A DNA stretch of 64,000 nt. Origin: an uncultured Verrucomicrobiae bacterium. GTDB taxonomy: Bacteria; Verrucomicrobiota; Verrucomicrobiia; Chthoniobacterales; JAFAMB01. The translations under genes and the position numbers were made by a program. The notes beneath the pieces are model-generated. The model was not told the DNA's origin, ran no database searches, and saw only the letters and a program-made list of their open reading frames with translations. The stretch covers positions 224,001 through 288,000 of the forward strand of contig CAWIPH010000001.1 of assembly GCA_963837955.1 (NCBI GenBank), given 5' to 3'. This document shows positions 39,558 through 48,392 of the stretch, in pieces (positions within the stretch are counted from its first letter, which is position 1; each line of letters opens with the position of its first letter).

Positions 39558-40073
39558 ATGATGAACGGAAGTTTGATTAAGACCGTCGCGATGCTCTTGG
39601 TGTTGGGCCTCGCCGTTACCGGGTGTGAAAATATGTCGCCGGAAACGACCGGCGTAGTCGCCGGTGTTCTCGCTGGAACCGCGGCCGGCGGAATCGCCAA
39701 AGCAGCAGGTGCCAGCAATTCTACTGCAGTGGCTGTTGGCCTGGGCACTGGAGCAGCCGTTGGCGTTATGGCCTATGTGATTGCGAAACATGAGGCGACC
39801 GAAAGACAGCGGCGGATCGCAGAAGAGCGAGCGCGCTTGGCCTATCAAAAAATGTCAGCCGAACGTCGGACCGAAGTAAAGAAACACCGGTACATAGCCG
39901 TGGCGACCTCTCGGGAAAAGAATTCCACCGGCGCAAAAAGCGTGATGGTCTACGACACGCAGACCGAACAAGTTGTCGGTAACAACGTCTATGACGTGAA
40001 GAGCCCGCCGAAAGATGGTCAGGTATCAAAGTTTGATACCTACTCCGCTGAGTACGTTGGTACCGGAGGGTAA
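39558..40073 (+). CDS. Glycine-zipper lipoprotein
   Basis: Lipobox LAVTGC, Gly/Ala zipper, C-terminal beta domain paralogous to 46100-46540. Confidence 0.8.
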   Translation: MMNGSLIKTVAMLLVLGLAVTGCENMSPETTGVVAGVLAGTAAGGIAKAAGASNSTAVAVGLGTGAAVGVMAYVIAKHEATERQRRIAEERARLAYQKMSAERRTEVKKHRYIAVATSREKNSTGAKSVMVYDTQTEQVVGNNVYDVKSPPKDGQVSKFDTYSAEYVGTGG

Positions 40074-40101
40074 AACTCGAGAGCCGGAAGACAGAATACT
40101 A

Positions 40102-40745
40102 CGGTAGGGCGAAAACCTCGGCGCGCTGGGAACGTTGCAGTACTGTTTCGTAATTCGCGCCGGGTTTGAGCCGTCTCCTGGGTCAATATTGCGAACAGGC
40201 GAACCAACCCCTGGGCTAGGCCGCAAACGGCTCAAGCCAATCCGGCGCCTGCCGGATTAGGCGTTTCGCCCTAGCAATGGGGTGGGTCGTGCGCCGCGGA
40301 TCGCGAGGACGCGATCCCTCCCCGCCGATCGGTAGGGCGAAAACCTCGGCGCGCTGGGAACGTTGCAGCACTGTTTCGCAATTCGCGCCGGGTTTGAGCC
40401 GTCTCCTGGGTCGATATTGCGAACAGGCGAAAGCAACCCCTGGGGTAGACCGCATACGGCTCAAGCCAATCCGGCGCCTGCCGGATTAGGCGTTCGCCCT
40501 ACCAATCTGGGGTGGGTCGTGCGCCGCGGATCCCGAGGACGCGATCCTCCCCGCCGATCGGTAGGGCGAAAACCTCGGCGCGCTGGGAACGTTGCAGTAC
40601 CGTTTCGTAATTCGCGCCGGGTTTGAGCCGTCTCCTGGGTCGATATTGCGAACAGGCGAAACCAACCCCTGGGGTAGGCCGCAAACGGCTCAAGCCAATC
40701 CGGCGCCTGCCGGATTAGGCATTTCGCCCTACCAATCTGGGGTGG
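40102..40745 (+). repeat. Tandem array of three ~229 bp structured units (family B element + family A hairpin linker); REPIN/MITE-like or ncRNA array
   Basis: Units start at 40102, 40330, 40559; each bounded by ggtagggcgaaa/tttcgccctacc inverted ends. Confidence 0.92.
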
Positions 40746-40819
40746 TAGTCACCCGCCCCCTGACGGTATTCCGTATTCCACTCGCTAGCATATCGCTCCA
40801 AACCGCGGAGATTGGAGCT

Positions 40820-41749
40820 ATGCGATTTCAGGAGCGATCTTTTGATGAGAGCGGCCATCGTTTCACCGAGCTGGTCGATCAAGCAAGCGGTTTTCGCATT
40901 TTGGCCGATCATGCGGGAGCCGAACTGACTAGCATCGCCCGCAAAAACCCGAGCGGCGAGCCGTACGGTTATCTTTACCGCGATGGTGATTTTTCGGCAC
41001 CGCCGGACGGGTGGAAAAATCATGCCACCGTCATGGGATACTATATCCATCGCTTGCTTGGGGAACGTTCGCTCTACGAGGGCGACGAAATTCGCGGCGG
41101 AAACCACAGTTTTCTACGAACCAAGCAATTTGCCGATCCAGAAATCGTTCTGAACGACCGCGCCACGATGCGGTTTCACTTGCCCAGCAGCCAAATCGAA
41201 AAGTCCGAGTATCCGAGGAAAGTGGATTTCTGGCTCGACTACAGCTTGGCAGAGAATCATCTCGAGGTTCGGTTTACGTTCAAAAACTTAGAGGCCGATC
41301 GCCCGGCACATCTTAGCTTCGGATTGCATCCTGGGTTCGCGGTGAGTTCGATCGAAAATGCCCGAGTAATCCTCCCTCGGGGGAAATATCGCCGCTATCT
41401 CGCCCCTGGAAATTTTCTCAGCGGCGAAACAGTGGAGTTTGCCTCACCCGGTGGCACGATGTCCTTTCGGCCTTTTGAGCTTCCCGACTCTTTTCTGATC
41501 GAGCCATTGGATTGGGATGAATCCATCGTCCGCCTGCACGATTACGCCACAAATCGTGAGGTTGAGGTGGATCTAGCTGAAACGCCGTTCTTTACAATCT
41601 GGAGCGATCTTCATCCCTTCATCTGTATCGAGCCATGTTGGGGTTTGCCAGATCATCACCAGCAAGAGCCCTTCGAGCAGAAGATCGGTATTCAAGTGGT
41701 GCCGCCCCAGGGCACTTTCACCCGGAGCTGCAGCTTTCGATTTCACTAG
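40820..41749 (+). CDS. Aldose 1-epimerase/galactose mutarotase-like protein (LacX-like)
   Basis: GAELTSI, NHSFLR, SFGLHPGF, PFICIEPCWG; ATG 40820 with GGAG. Confidence 0.82.
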   Translation: MRFQERSFDESGHRFTELVDQASGFRILADHAGAELTSIARKNPSGEPYGYLYRDGDFSAPPDGWKNHATVMGYYIHRLLGERSLYEGDEIRGGNHSFLRTKQFADPEIVLNDRATMRFHLPSSQIEKSEYPRKVDFWLDYSLAENHLEVRFTFKNLEADRPAHLSFGLHPGFAVSSIENARVILPRGKYRRYLAPGNFLSGETVEFASPGGTMSFRPFELPDSFLIEPLDWDESIVRLHDYATNREVEVDLAETPFFTIWSDLHPFICIEPCWGLPDHHQQEPFEQKIGIQVVPPQGTFTRSCSFRFH

Positions 41750-41835
41750 CAGTAGTCGAAAGCCTGGTGTAGCCCGAATCTTTTAGAGATACCGAACAAC
41801 TTGGGCCGGAAAAATCGGTTTATTAATTCGCCCGC

Positions 41836-43050
41836 ATGAATCTCGTCCAGAATCTCCGCCATCGAGCAGAGTTGCAGCCCGGAGTCCCGGCGATCGTAGA
41901 TAGGACCGTGCGAGGGGACCGGGTGCTCAGCTTCGTGGCCTTCAATCGATCGGTCGATTTTCTCGCGCTCCGGCTGCGTGAAGAAGGAGTTGAAGCAGGG
42001 CATACGGTACTTTTAGCGCTGGATCCGGGTCAGGAGTTCTATCTCTTTGCCCTCGCTCTGCTGCAGATTGGCGCCATTCCAGTTGTTTGTAAGGAGGCAT
42101 TGGGCAGCTCGTTTCTCAGGGAATGGGTCAAAAACGTGCGACCACAAGCCTGTGTCCTCTCTCAATCGAGATGGACTCAACACTTTCACAAACCGTTGCG
42201 CCCGATCCCTATGCGACTGTTTGTTCACGCTTTTCGGTTTGAAAGCCGGTGGCTACGGCTCGGAAGATTCGGCCAGCCCGTTGAATTGAATCCAGGCCAA
42301 ACTGCCTGGATCGAGATAAGAAGCGAATCGCCAGACACGTTTCGCGCCTGGGCCTGGGACCAAGAGAGCCTCGCTCGAGCAACTCAGCGTCTGGTCTCAA
42401 TCTTGCGGTTGAAAGCAGGCGAAATCGATCTTTGCCGGAATCCGCTGCATCTCCTGGCAAACCTGGCCGCTGGGCTGACCAGCGTAATTCCGATGAAAAG
42501 AGGATTGCTCACTCCAACCGGTCGACGCCGGCAAGTCGACAAATTCAAGCCGAATCGGGTCGCCGCCGACGCCGAATTTCTGAATAGATATCTTCGTTCC
42601 AGCACCTCGCCGCTGCAGAAGATCTTCGTGCTGGACGCTCCATTGAGTTCCGAAGATGTTGAATTTCTCTCAGCATGCCGGCAGCACGGCAACATCGAGC
42701 TACTATTTGGGCAGGAAGCGCCGCTGGCGAGTTGCACATTGAAGGAATTTCAATCCAGGGCAGATGAGCGTTGGGTGGGAACTTTTTTCGGCGATGTCAA
42801 GTATACCCTCCAGTCCCTGCAACCGAATGCGGACGACACAGCTTCGAGCAATTCGATTTCCAAGGATCCAAGATCGGGGGAACTCTTGATTTCCGGCGAT
42901 TTTCTTCCGACTCCGTTAACCATTCACGGGGAACTAGATTCGACTCAGCGCTATCAGAATAAAAAAGGCGAAACCTGGCTCAGAACAGGGGTGAATGGGG
43001 CAGTCGACGGCTCAGAACGATTTTCTGTTCTCGAACCCGCTAAGAAATAG
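41836..43050 (+). CDS. Degenerate AMP-binding (ANL/OleC-like) protein
   Basis: ANL N-terminal pattern, GEIDL..PLHLLANLAAGLTSVIP, GELLISG; catalytic motifs missing. Confidence 0.7.
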   Translation: MNLVQNLRHRAELQPGVPAIVDRTVRGDRVLSFVAFNRSVDFLALRLREEGVEAGHTVLLALDPGQEFYLFALALLQIGAIPVVCKEALGSSFLREWVKNVRPQACVLSQSRWTQHFHKPLRPIPMRLFVHAFRFESRWLRLGRFGQPVELNPGQTAWIEIRSESPDTFRAWAWDQESLARATQRLVSILRLKAGEIDLCRNPLHLLANLAAGLTSVIPMKRGLLTPTGRRRQVDKFKPNRVAADAEFLNRYLRSSTSPLQKIFVLDAPLSSEDVEFLSACRQHGNIELLFGQEAPLASCTLKEFQSRADERWVGTFFGDVKYTLQSLQPNADDTASSNSISKDPRSGELLISGDFLPTPLTIHGELDSTQRYQNKKGETWLRTGVNGAVDGSERFSVLEPAKK

Positions 43051-43085
43051 CTCGGCTTAGCAGCTCACCTCTCACAATTGCCCTT

Positions 43086-43406
43086 TCACGTCAACCGCTT
43101 CGGCGCCTTGTTGCGCCAGGCCATAAGCAGAGCGCTGGTTAAACTCATCTCGTCAGCGGCTTCGAGATTGACGTTGGTGGATCCACGACGTCCCCAGCCG
43201 CCCGGCACCGGGGTAAACACCGTCGGCTTTAATTCGGTCAGGACCGTTTGCTGTTCAGGTGTGAGCATCACGACTCCGCGCCGTTCTGTCGGCCACAAAG
43301 TGGCAAAGATTTTATTGTGTACGCGAAAATCCGGATGTCCCATGTGAGCTGCTTCTGTTGCTTCGGGAAGAGCTAGAGCAAGCCGGCGAAAATCATCGGA
43401 AGTCAT
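43086..43406 (-). CDS. MmcQ/YjbR-family protein
   Basis: FRRLALALPEA..HMGHPDFRV..KIFATL..GGWGRRGST. Confidence 0.9.
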   Translation of the reverse strand: MTSDDFRRLALALPEATEAAHMGHPDFRVHNKIFATLWPTERRGVVMLTPEQQTVLTELKPTVFTPVPGGWGRRGSTNVNLEAADEMSLTSALLMAWRNKAPKRLT

Positions 43407-43501
43407 AACTCGGATCACAAATCGCTAACGGACAAATACTGCTAGGAAATTTGTTATGTGTTATCCGGGATTTGTCATGCGCTATTCGGAAGACCGAATA
43501 G

Positions 43502-44125
43502 CTAGGCCCAGATCTTCCGCAAAGGCCCCTTCGCACCATAGACCGGGTCGTTGCCCGGCACAGGCAAGGCCGCAATGTGATGATCTGCCTCCGGACGTTC
43601 GCCTGGTTTACCTGTGAGTAAATCCCATTGACGCCCGTCGGGATAAGCGCCCACGACGCCGAAATCGGCGCTGGCCTCGAGATTCTTGTGCCCGACTCCC
43701 GCGGGAATCACAATAACGTCACCAGCCTGCACGCGAAAATCGCGCCCTTGTTCTCCGCCAAGCCGCACAGTCACGGAACCTCGGTAAACACCGAGTACTT
43801 CATGACTAGTACTGTGATAATGGTGAAAGGTATAAATGCCGTTGCGCCACGAGTTGGTCCAATTATTTGCCGCGAACTGTTCCTGCACGTGTGACGCCGG
43901 ATCTGCGGCCTGCACGTTGATCACGCCGTGGTACAGCAGAAGCGGATACCGGCTGTTCGGAATCACGCCGTCATCTTTGAAAAGAGCAGTACTGGGCTCT
44001 TTCATGTCCTCTCCTTGCGAGAATCCGCGCTTGGGCATTGTGATCCAGCCAAGGGCTAGAAGCGCTCCGGCCTTAAAAGTACTCGCCAAAAATTGGCGCC
44101 GATATGTTTGGTGTTTGTCATCCAT
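43502..44125 (-). CDS. YjlB-like cupin with Tat-like N-terminal extension
   Basis: FHHYHSTSHEVLG, GDVIVIPAGVGH, VVGAYP, DPVYG; RRQFL after ATG 44125; alternative ATG 44005. Confidence 0.85.
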   Translation of the reverse strand: MDDKHQTYRRQFLASTFKAGALLALGWITMPKRGFSQGEDMKEPSTALFKDDGVIPNSRYPLLLYHGVINVQAADPASHVQEQFAANNWTNSWRNGIYTFHHYHSTSHEVLGVYRGSVTVRLGGEQGRDFRVQAGDVIVIPAGVGHKNLEASADFGVVGAYPDGRQWDLLTGKPGERPEADHHIAALPVPGNDPVYGAKGPLRKIWA

Positions 44126-44202
44126 GACTACCTCATAATAGCTCAAATCGTACGTAGGAGCCAAATTTGGCACGTCCAAAGCCGCCGTCCAGGTGAGGCC
44201 GT

Positions 44203-45144
44203 CTAACCCTTTTTCATCAGGCAATCTACTGATTCCTTGACTGCTTCGAGCGAAGTATAACGCGGATGATATTCGAGTAGCCTGCGCCCTTTGGCGATAC
44301 TGCAATTCGGACTATGGGCGATATGATCCCAGGTCGCGCCAGCGTTCTCTTCCGAAGTTGTTTGTTTCCACTCCTCCCACGGCAGAAACCGAAGAAGTGC
44401 CTTCCGACCAAACCATCCGGCGACTTCTTCCGCATAACCGCGCAGCGTCAGTGCGGCCCCGGAAACGACGTGAAAGCTTTCACCGATCGACGCGCTTCGA
44501 TTGATCATCGCCTGATGAAATGAGCAAGCGACATCATCGGCGTGCACATGATGGACCGTTTCTAGTCCTAGATTTGGCAACGTCAACTCTTCTCCTTTGG
44601 CCAGCCGATCGAAGACCGTGGGATCGAAATGGCCGGCGGGATTAAGCGGATTCCAGCCGGGACCCACGATGTGTCCGGGATGTAGAACCGCAGCCGGGAA
44701 ACCATGCGTACGCGATTCGCTCAACAAATATTGTTCGATCGCTGCCTTCTGAATTCCATATTCCCCAAATGGCCGGCGGGGCTGTTCTTCGGTGGTCGGA
44801 ACGATCACGCTCGGCCCGTGAACCCAGATAGTTCCACAATGGAGGAAATGTTGGATCTTACCCCGGAGCGCTTCCACTAAATGCCGCGCGCTCTCGAGGG
44901 TAAAGCAGATGAGGTCGATCACAACATCCGGTCTCAAATCGGCAATCTGCCGGCCGAATTCTCCCGATGTTTCGCTTTTCTCTCGATCGATCCTGATTGT
45001 CCGCGTGGATCGCCACGCTGCATGGGGTTGGTACGGCTCACGTTCGCCCCGACTGATTGAGATGACCTCGTGCCCGGCAGCTACTAACCTGGGAACGAGA
45101 TATGTTCCGATATGTCCGCTTCCACCGATGACGACAACGCGCAT
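44203..45144 (-). CDS. NAD-dependent epimerase/dehydratase (extended SDR)
   Basis: GGSGHIG, YGIQK (YxxxK), HHVHADDVA. Confidence 0.92.
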   Translation of the reverse strand: MRVVVIGGSGHIGTYLVPRLVAAGHEVISISRGEREPYQPHAAWRSTRTIRIDREKSETSGEFGRQIADLRPDVVIDLICFTLESARHLVEALRGKIQHFLHCGTIWVHGPSVIVPTTEEQPRRPFGEYGIQKAAIEQYLLSESRTHGFPAAVLHPGHIVGPGWNPLNPAGHFDPTVFDRLAKGEELTLPNLGLETVHHVHADDVACSFHQAMINRSASIGESFHVVSGAALTLRGYAEEVAGWFGRKALLRFLPWEEWKQTTSEENAGATWDHIAHSPNCSIAKGRRLLEYHPRYTSLEAVKESVDCLMKKG

Positions 45145-45220
45145 GTGTGACTATGGCACGGGCAGCGAGGGACGCTAGCGCCTCGAGAGTGCTTTATTAG
45201 GTCCACTCCTCAGTTGGAGC

Positions 45221-45266
45221 ACACATGACACATAAGACCCATGGGACACATAGGTCTTATAAGTCC
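45221..45266. repeat. 9 bp tandem repeat containing the DUF72 stop codon
   Basis: acacatgac acataagac ccatgggac acataggtc ttataagtc. Confidence 0.75.
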
Positions 45267-45973
45267 TTAGATTCGCCCAGTTCTTCCATCATCTGCTTCG
45301 CTAATTGCGGGCCAACACCGCTCTCTTCATGCTTGAAATAGACGAAAGCGTGGCTCCAATTCTCTTGCTGCGCCTGTATGAATTTTGCCCACCTCACAAT
45401 ATCGGGCTTAGCGTAGTCTTCTCGGCGCAGTCGGAGATAACCAAAGTCGGTTGTAGCGAGGCTCGGAGTAACAAGATCGCTGCTCTCCGCAATGCAAAGG
45501 GCTGCATTGTGGTTCCGGAGATGAGCAAAAACTTCGTCATCGAACCAGGTTGGATGACGAAATTCGAACGCGGCGCGGATTCCAATGGGTAAACTACCGA
45601 GGAACTCGTTCAAGAGCGCGGCATCCTTTTTAAAACTCGGCGGAAGCTGAAACAGGACAGGGCCGAGCTTGGATCCCAGCCCGGAAACAACGGCCTGAAA
45701 GATATCCAAAATCTCCGCGCAATTCCGAAGTTTGGAAACGTGGGTAACTTTTTGCGGCGCCTTGAGGCCAAAACGGAATTGTTCCGGCGTCGATTTATCC
45801 CAACCTTCGATCGTCTTATTATTCGGAATTCGATAAAAGGTATAGTTGATCTCGCTGGTCGAAAACCGTTCTGCGTAGAACGGCAGCATTTTGGCTGTTG
45901 GAAATTTCTCCGGATAAAAGGTCCCTCGCCATTCGGGATATTGGAATCCGGAAGTGCCGATCCAGGGGGTCAT
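45257..45973 (-). CDS. DUF72 (YecE-like) protein
   Basis: IGTSGFQYPEWRG.FYP, EINYTFYR, LFQLPPSF, AFEFRH..W, YLRLR, YFKHE. Confidence 0.95.
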   Translation of the reverse strand: MTPWIGTSGFQYPEWRGTFYPEKFPTAKMLPFYAERFSTSEINYTFYRIPNNKTIEGWDKSTPEQFRFGLKAPQKVTHVSKLRNCAEILDIFQAVVSGLGSKLGPVLFQLPPSFKKDAALLNEFLGSLPIGIRAAFEFRHPTWFDDEVFAHLRNHNAALCIAESSDLVTPSLATTDFGYLRLRREDYAKPDIVRWAKFIQAQQENWSHAFVYFKHEESGVGPQLAKQMMEELGESKDL

Positions 45974-45978
45974 GGCGG

Positions 45979-46093
45979 GAGAATACAGGATTCAGAGCCA
46001 GAATCCAGTGTTCGGTAAGGCGAGGCTCGGTTGGGAATAAGTTGAGCCTGGCCCTACCAAATTCTCGATTCTCGGGCCCGGTTCTGTATTCTC
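45979..46093. repeat. Palindromic intergenic element: heptamer arms around a GTAG-like hairpin (46014-46058)
   Basis: gagaatacag/ctgtattctc perfect 10 bp inverted ends; ggtaaggcgaggctc..gagcctggccctacc core. Confidence 0.7.
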
Positions 46094-46099
46094 TATAGT

Positions 46100-46540
46100 A
46101 TGAGGCTCGCGCTGTCGTCGCTTGTGCTCCTCCTTTGCTCTTGCTCTTCCGATATCACCAAAGGGCATCTGGTGGGCGACACCGGCATTAACCAAAGCGA
46201 ATCGGAGAAGGCTAATTACCCGCCAAGCAAGTTAGCTGAACAGACCTTTATTTTCTCCAATCCAATGGGTTATCAATCGAAGCATTTCGCAACCGCTGAC
46301 GAGGCGAAGATTGCGATGAAGGCAGCGCAGAAGTTGGGCTCCGGCGACGACAATCCTCGCTTCGTTGCCGTTCCCGTCGCAGTGGCAAAGGGCAACAGCA
46401 CGTCTGCCGAAGTAATGGTCTATGACAATCGAAAGCAGATGCTCGGTGATTCGGTTTACCGGCTGGCCAATACCCCTGCGTCCGGTCAAACGCTGAAGCT
46501 AGACGATGTCACCGCGGTCTTTGCCAGCCCAAGTGAGTGA
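46100..46540 (+). CDS. Lipoprotein, paralog of 39558-40073 C-domain
   Basis: Lipobox-like LLLCSC; FVAV..VMVYD..GDSVY..P..GQ..K.D pattern. Confidence 0.78.
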   Translation: MRLALSSLVLLLCSCSSDITKGHLVGDTGINQSESEKANYPPSKLAEQTFIFSNPMGYQSKHFATADEAKIAMKAAQKLGSGDDNPRFVAVPVAVAKGNSTSAEVMVYDNRKQMLGDSVYRLANTPASGQTLKLDDVTAVFASPSE

Positions 46541-46555
46541 GCGGTGAGAGTGATA

Positions 46556-47037
46556 GGTGAGAAGTGATTGGTGATTGGTAGAGCGCCGACTTGTCCGCGG
46601 GAGCAGTCAGAACATCGGTAACACTGTTTGTTGTTGAGGTTACACGTTTTGGTTGGTCTGCCCGGTCTTCAGCGGCGACGCGTCCGACGAAGCCTGTGGT
46701 GATAATTCGAATCGCCGGTCAATGGATTCGCGAAGTCGGAAGCCGCGACTCATGAAAGCCTCTAGGGTGAAGCCCTAGGAACCCGGTGCCCCGATGGCCA
46801 CGCACTGAAGGTGCGTTTCAAACTTGCCCTCCGCTTTGATGCACACCGTTCGTCGGACCCAAAAAGCTATCGTTCTGTCACGCGCTTTCACCGCTTGATC
46901 GCCTGGATATTCCTGTTCCTAGGGCTTCACCCTAGGCTATCCTGAAATACGCTTTCAGCGCTTTTGCTCGCAACCGATTTACCGATGTTCTGACTGCTCC
47001 CTGCTCCCACCCTTCCAATCACCAATCACTTCTCACC
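46556..47037. mobile_element. Nested palindromic MITE/REP composite (~480 bp)
   Basis: Perfect inverted pairs: 46556-46578/47015-47037 (23 bp), 46599-46621/46979-47001 (23 bp), 46762-46782/46915-46935 (21 bp). Confidence 0.7.
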
Positions 47038-47039
47038 AA

Positions 47040-47777
47040 TCACCAATCACCTCCCCTCTGCAGCTCCTGCAGGGGAGGAGTCGCGCTAATCTGGGCTGGG
47101 GTCACGAGGTCCCACTTGATTCCGCATGGACGAGGCGCGCGCGCGTCGACTTTGATCATCCGGGTTGGTGTGGCAATCCAGTCAACCAGCACATCGGTCG
47201 GGCTTGGGGCCAACTTTTCTTCTACGACCTGGACATCGTGAACTGCGGCAACGACAGGCGTTGTTTCGTCGGCGAGACCGAGATCCGTGAACATCCCCCA
47301 TTCCAGATCGAAGAAACCGTGACCCTTGCCAAACCGTACGCCGTTCAGCGATACAGCTGAGGCGCCCGTAATCAACAGATCGAACCGGCCGCGCGCTCGG
47401 AGTTCTGCCAGGTTGATCGGCTTGCCGAAATGCTCCAGGCCATCTAGCCAGGCTGCACAAAGTTCAAACCCCGGTGGTACGTTTGCCCTCTCCAACAGGA
47501 TAAAGCCTCGGTAGATCCCGTAGGTAGAGACCACCAGGGTTATGCCGGCTTCGACCATGCGGCGGCGTACCTGAACCAAACAGTTGTCAGGGGTGACGAA
47601 AGCGTAGCGGCATCGTTGATACGCCGGTAGGGCGGTGATTCGGTCCGTCGCAGCAGGCGATCCAACAAAATCTGGGATCACTTCGGCAAAGTTCAGGTGG
47701 AATCGAGAATCAGGCAGCGCAACTTCAGCTAGTTTACTCCAGATCCTTTCGCGGATGAATTGGGGTGAGGCAGACAT
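47040..47777 (-). CDS. 5-formyltetrahydrofolate cyclo-ligase family (MTHFSD-like)
   Basis: IPDFVG, FVTPD, GASAV..GVRFGKGHGFFDLEW, DVLVDWIATP. Confidence 0.85.
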   Translation of the reverse strand: MSASPQFIRERIWSKLAEVALPDSRFHLNFAEVIPDFVGSPAATDRITALPAYQRCRYAFVTPDNCLVQVRRRMVEAGITLVVSTYGIYRGFILLERANVPPGFELCAAWLDGLEHFGKPINLAELRARGRFDLLITGASAVSLNGVRFGKGHGFFDLEWGMFTDLGLADETTPVVAAVHDVQVVEEKLAPSPTDVLVDWIATPTRMIKVDARAPRPCGIKWDLVTPAQISATPPLQELQRGGDW

Positions 47778-47856
47778 TTTGTCTGAAGTAGAGCAAGACG
47801 GGTGCCGTTTCCTATTTTCATTGCTTTTGGCCGAAGCAGCTGCTTAAGAAGGATTC

Positions 47857-48156
47857 GTGGTTCTGTCGTATACCACGCCACCAATCGAAGGACGGCCTTT
47901 TCATTTTTCGGTTACCGAGGTGAACGGCCAGGCACGGCTCGAAGCGTTTCTGAACGGCGTATCTTTTTGGAGCCGCGATTGTACCGATCTTCCTTGTCGC
48001 GAGGTGTTTCCGCTTCCCGACAAGGTCGCTGGCAGCACCTTGCTGGTGACGGCAAAGGACGAGGACGAGGAAAAGGAATTGGTTTTCTTTATCAATGACG
48101 ACGGAATGGGTGTGCCAATGGATGCGCCGGAACGAACCCTCGAAACGCTAGAATAG
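47857..48156 (+). CDS. Small acidic hypothetical protein
   Basis: 99 aa, GTG with AAGGA upstream, alternating beta pattern, CTDLPC. Confidence 0.55.
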   Translation: MVLSYTTPPIEGRPFHFSVTEVNGQARLEAFLNGVSFWSRDCTDLPCREVFPLPDKVAGSTLLVTAKDEDEEKELVFFINDDGMGVPMDAPERTLETLE

Positions 48157-48392
48157 CCTGAGGGGTTTCTTGGATTTCTTGCCGAAATACCGCAACGCCA
48201 GAGAATTGGGCAGCTCTATCAACAAAAGAGCTACATTAGCGAGTTTTCGCTAGTTGATCCGCCGGCCCCGATTCTAGCCAAAAAATTGGTTAGCCACCGC
48301 CTTGTTGGAAGCCAAAGGAGGTCCCTACTAAATCCTCGCTCCGGGCTGCAGACTCCTGTAGGCTATGGCCTATCTATAGATAGACAGCAATT

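Noticed and set aside
40102..40745. CRISPR array or repeat-encoded proteins (ORFs 40277, 40363, 5' part of 40592)
   Set aside because: Whole units repeat with no unique spacers and no cas genes; the ORFs are translations of palindromic DNA
47778..47860. 6S RNA upstream of the 5-FTHF cyclo-ligase gene
   Set aside because: Only ~80 bp before a divergent ORF, with no long rod
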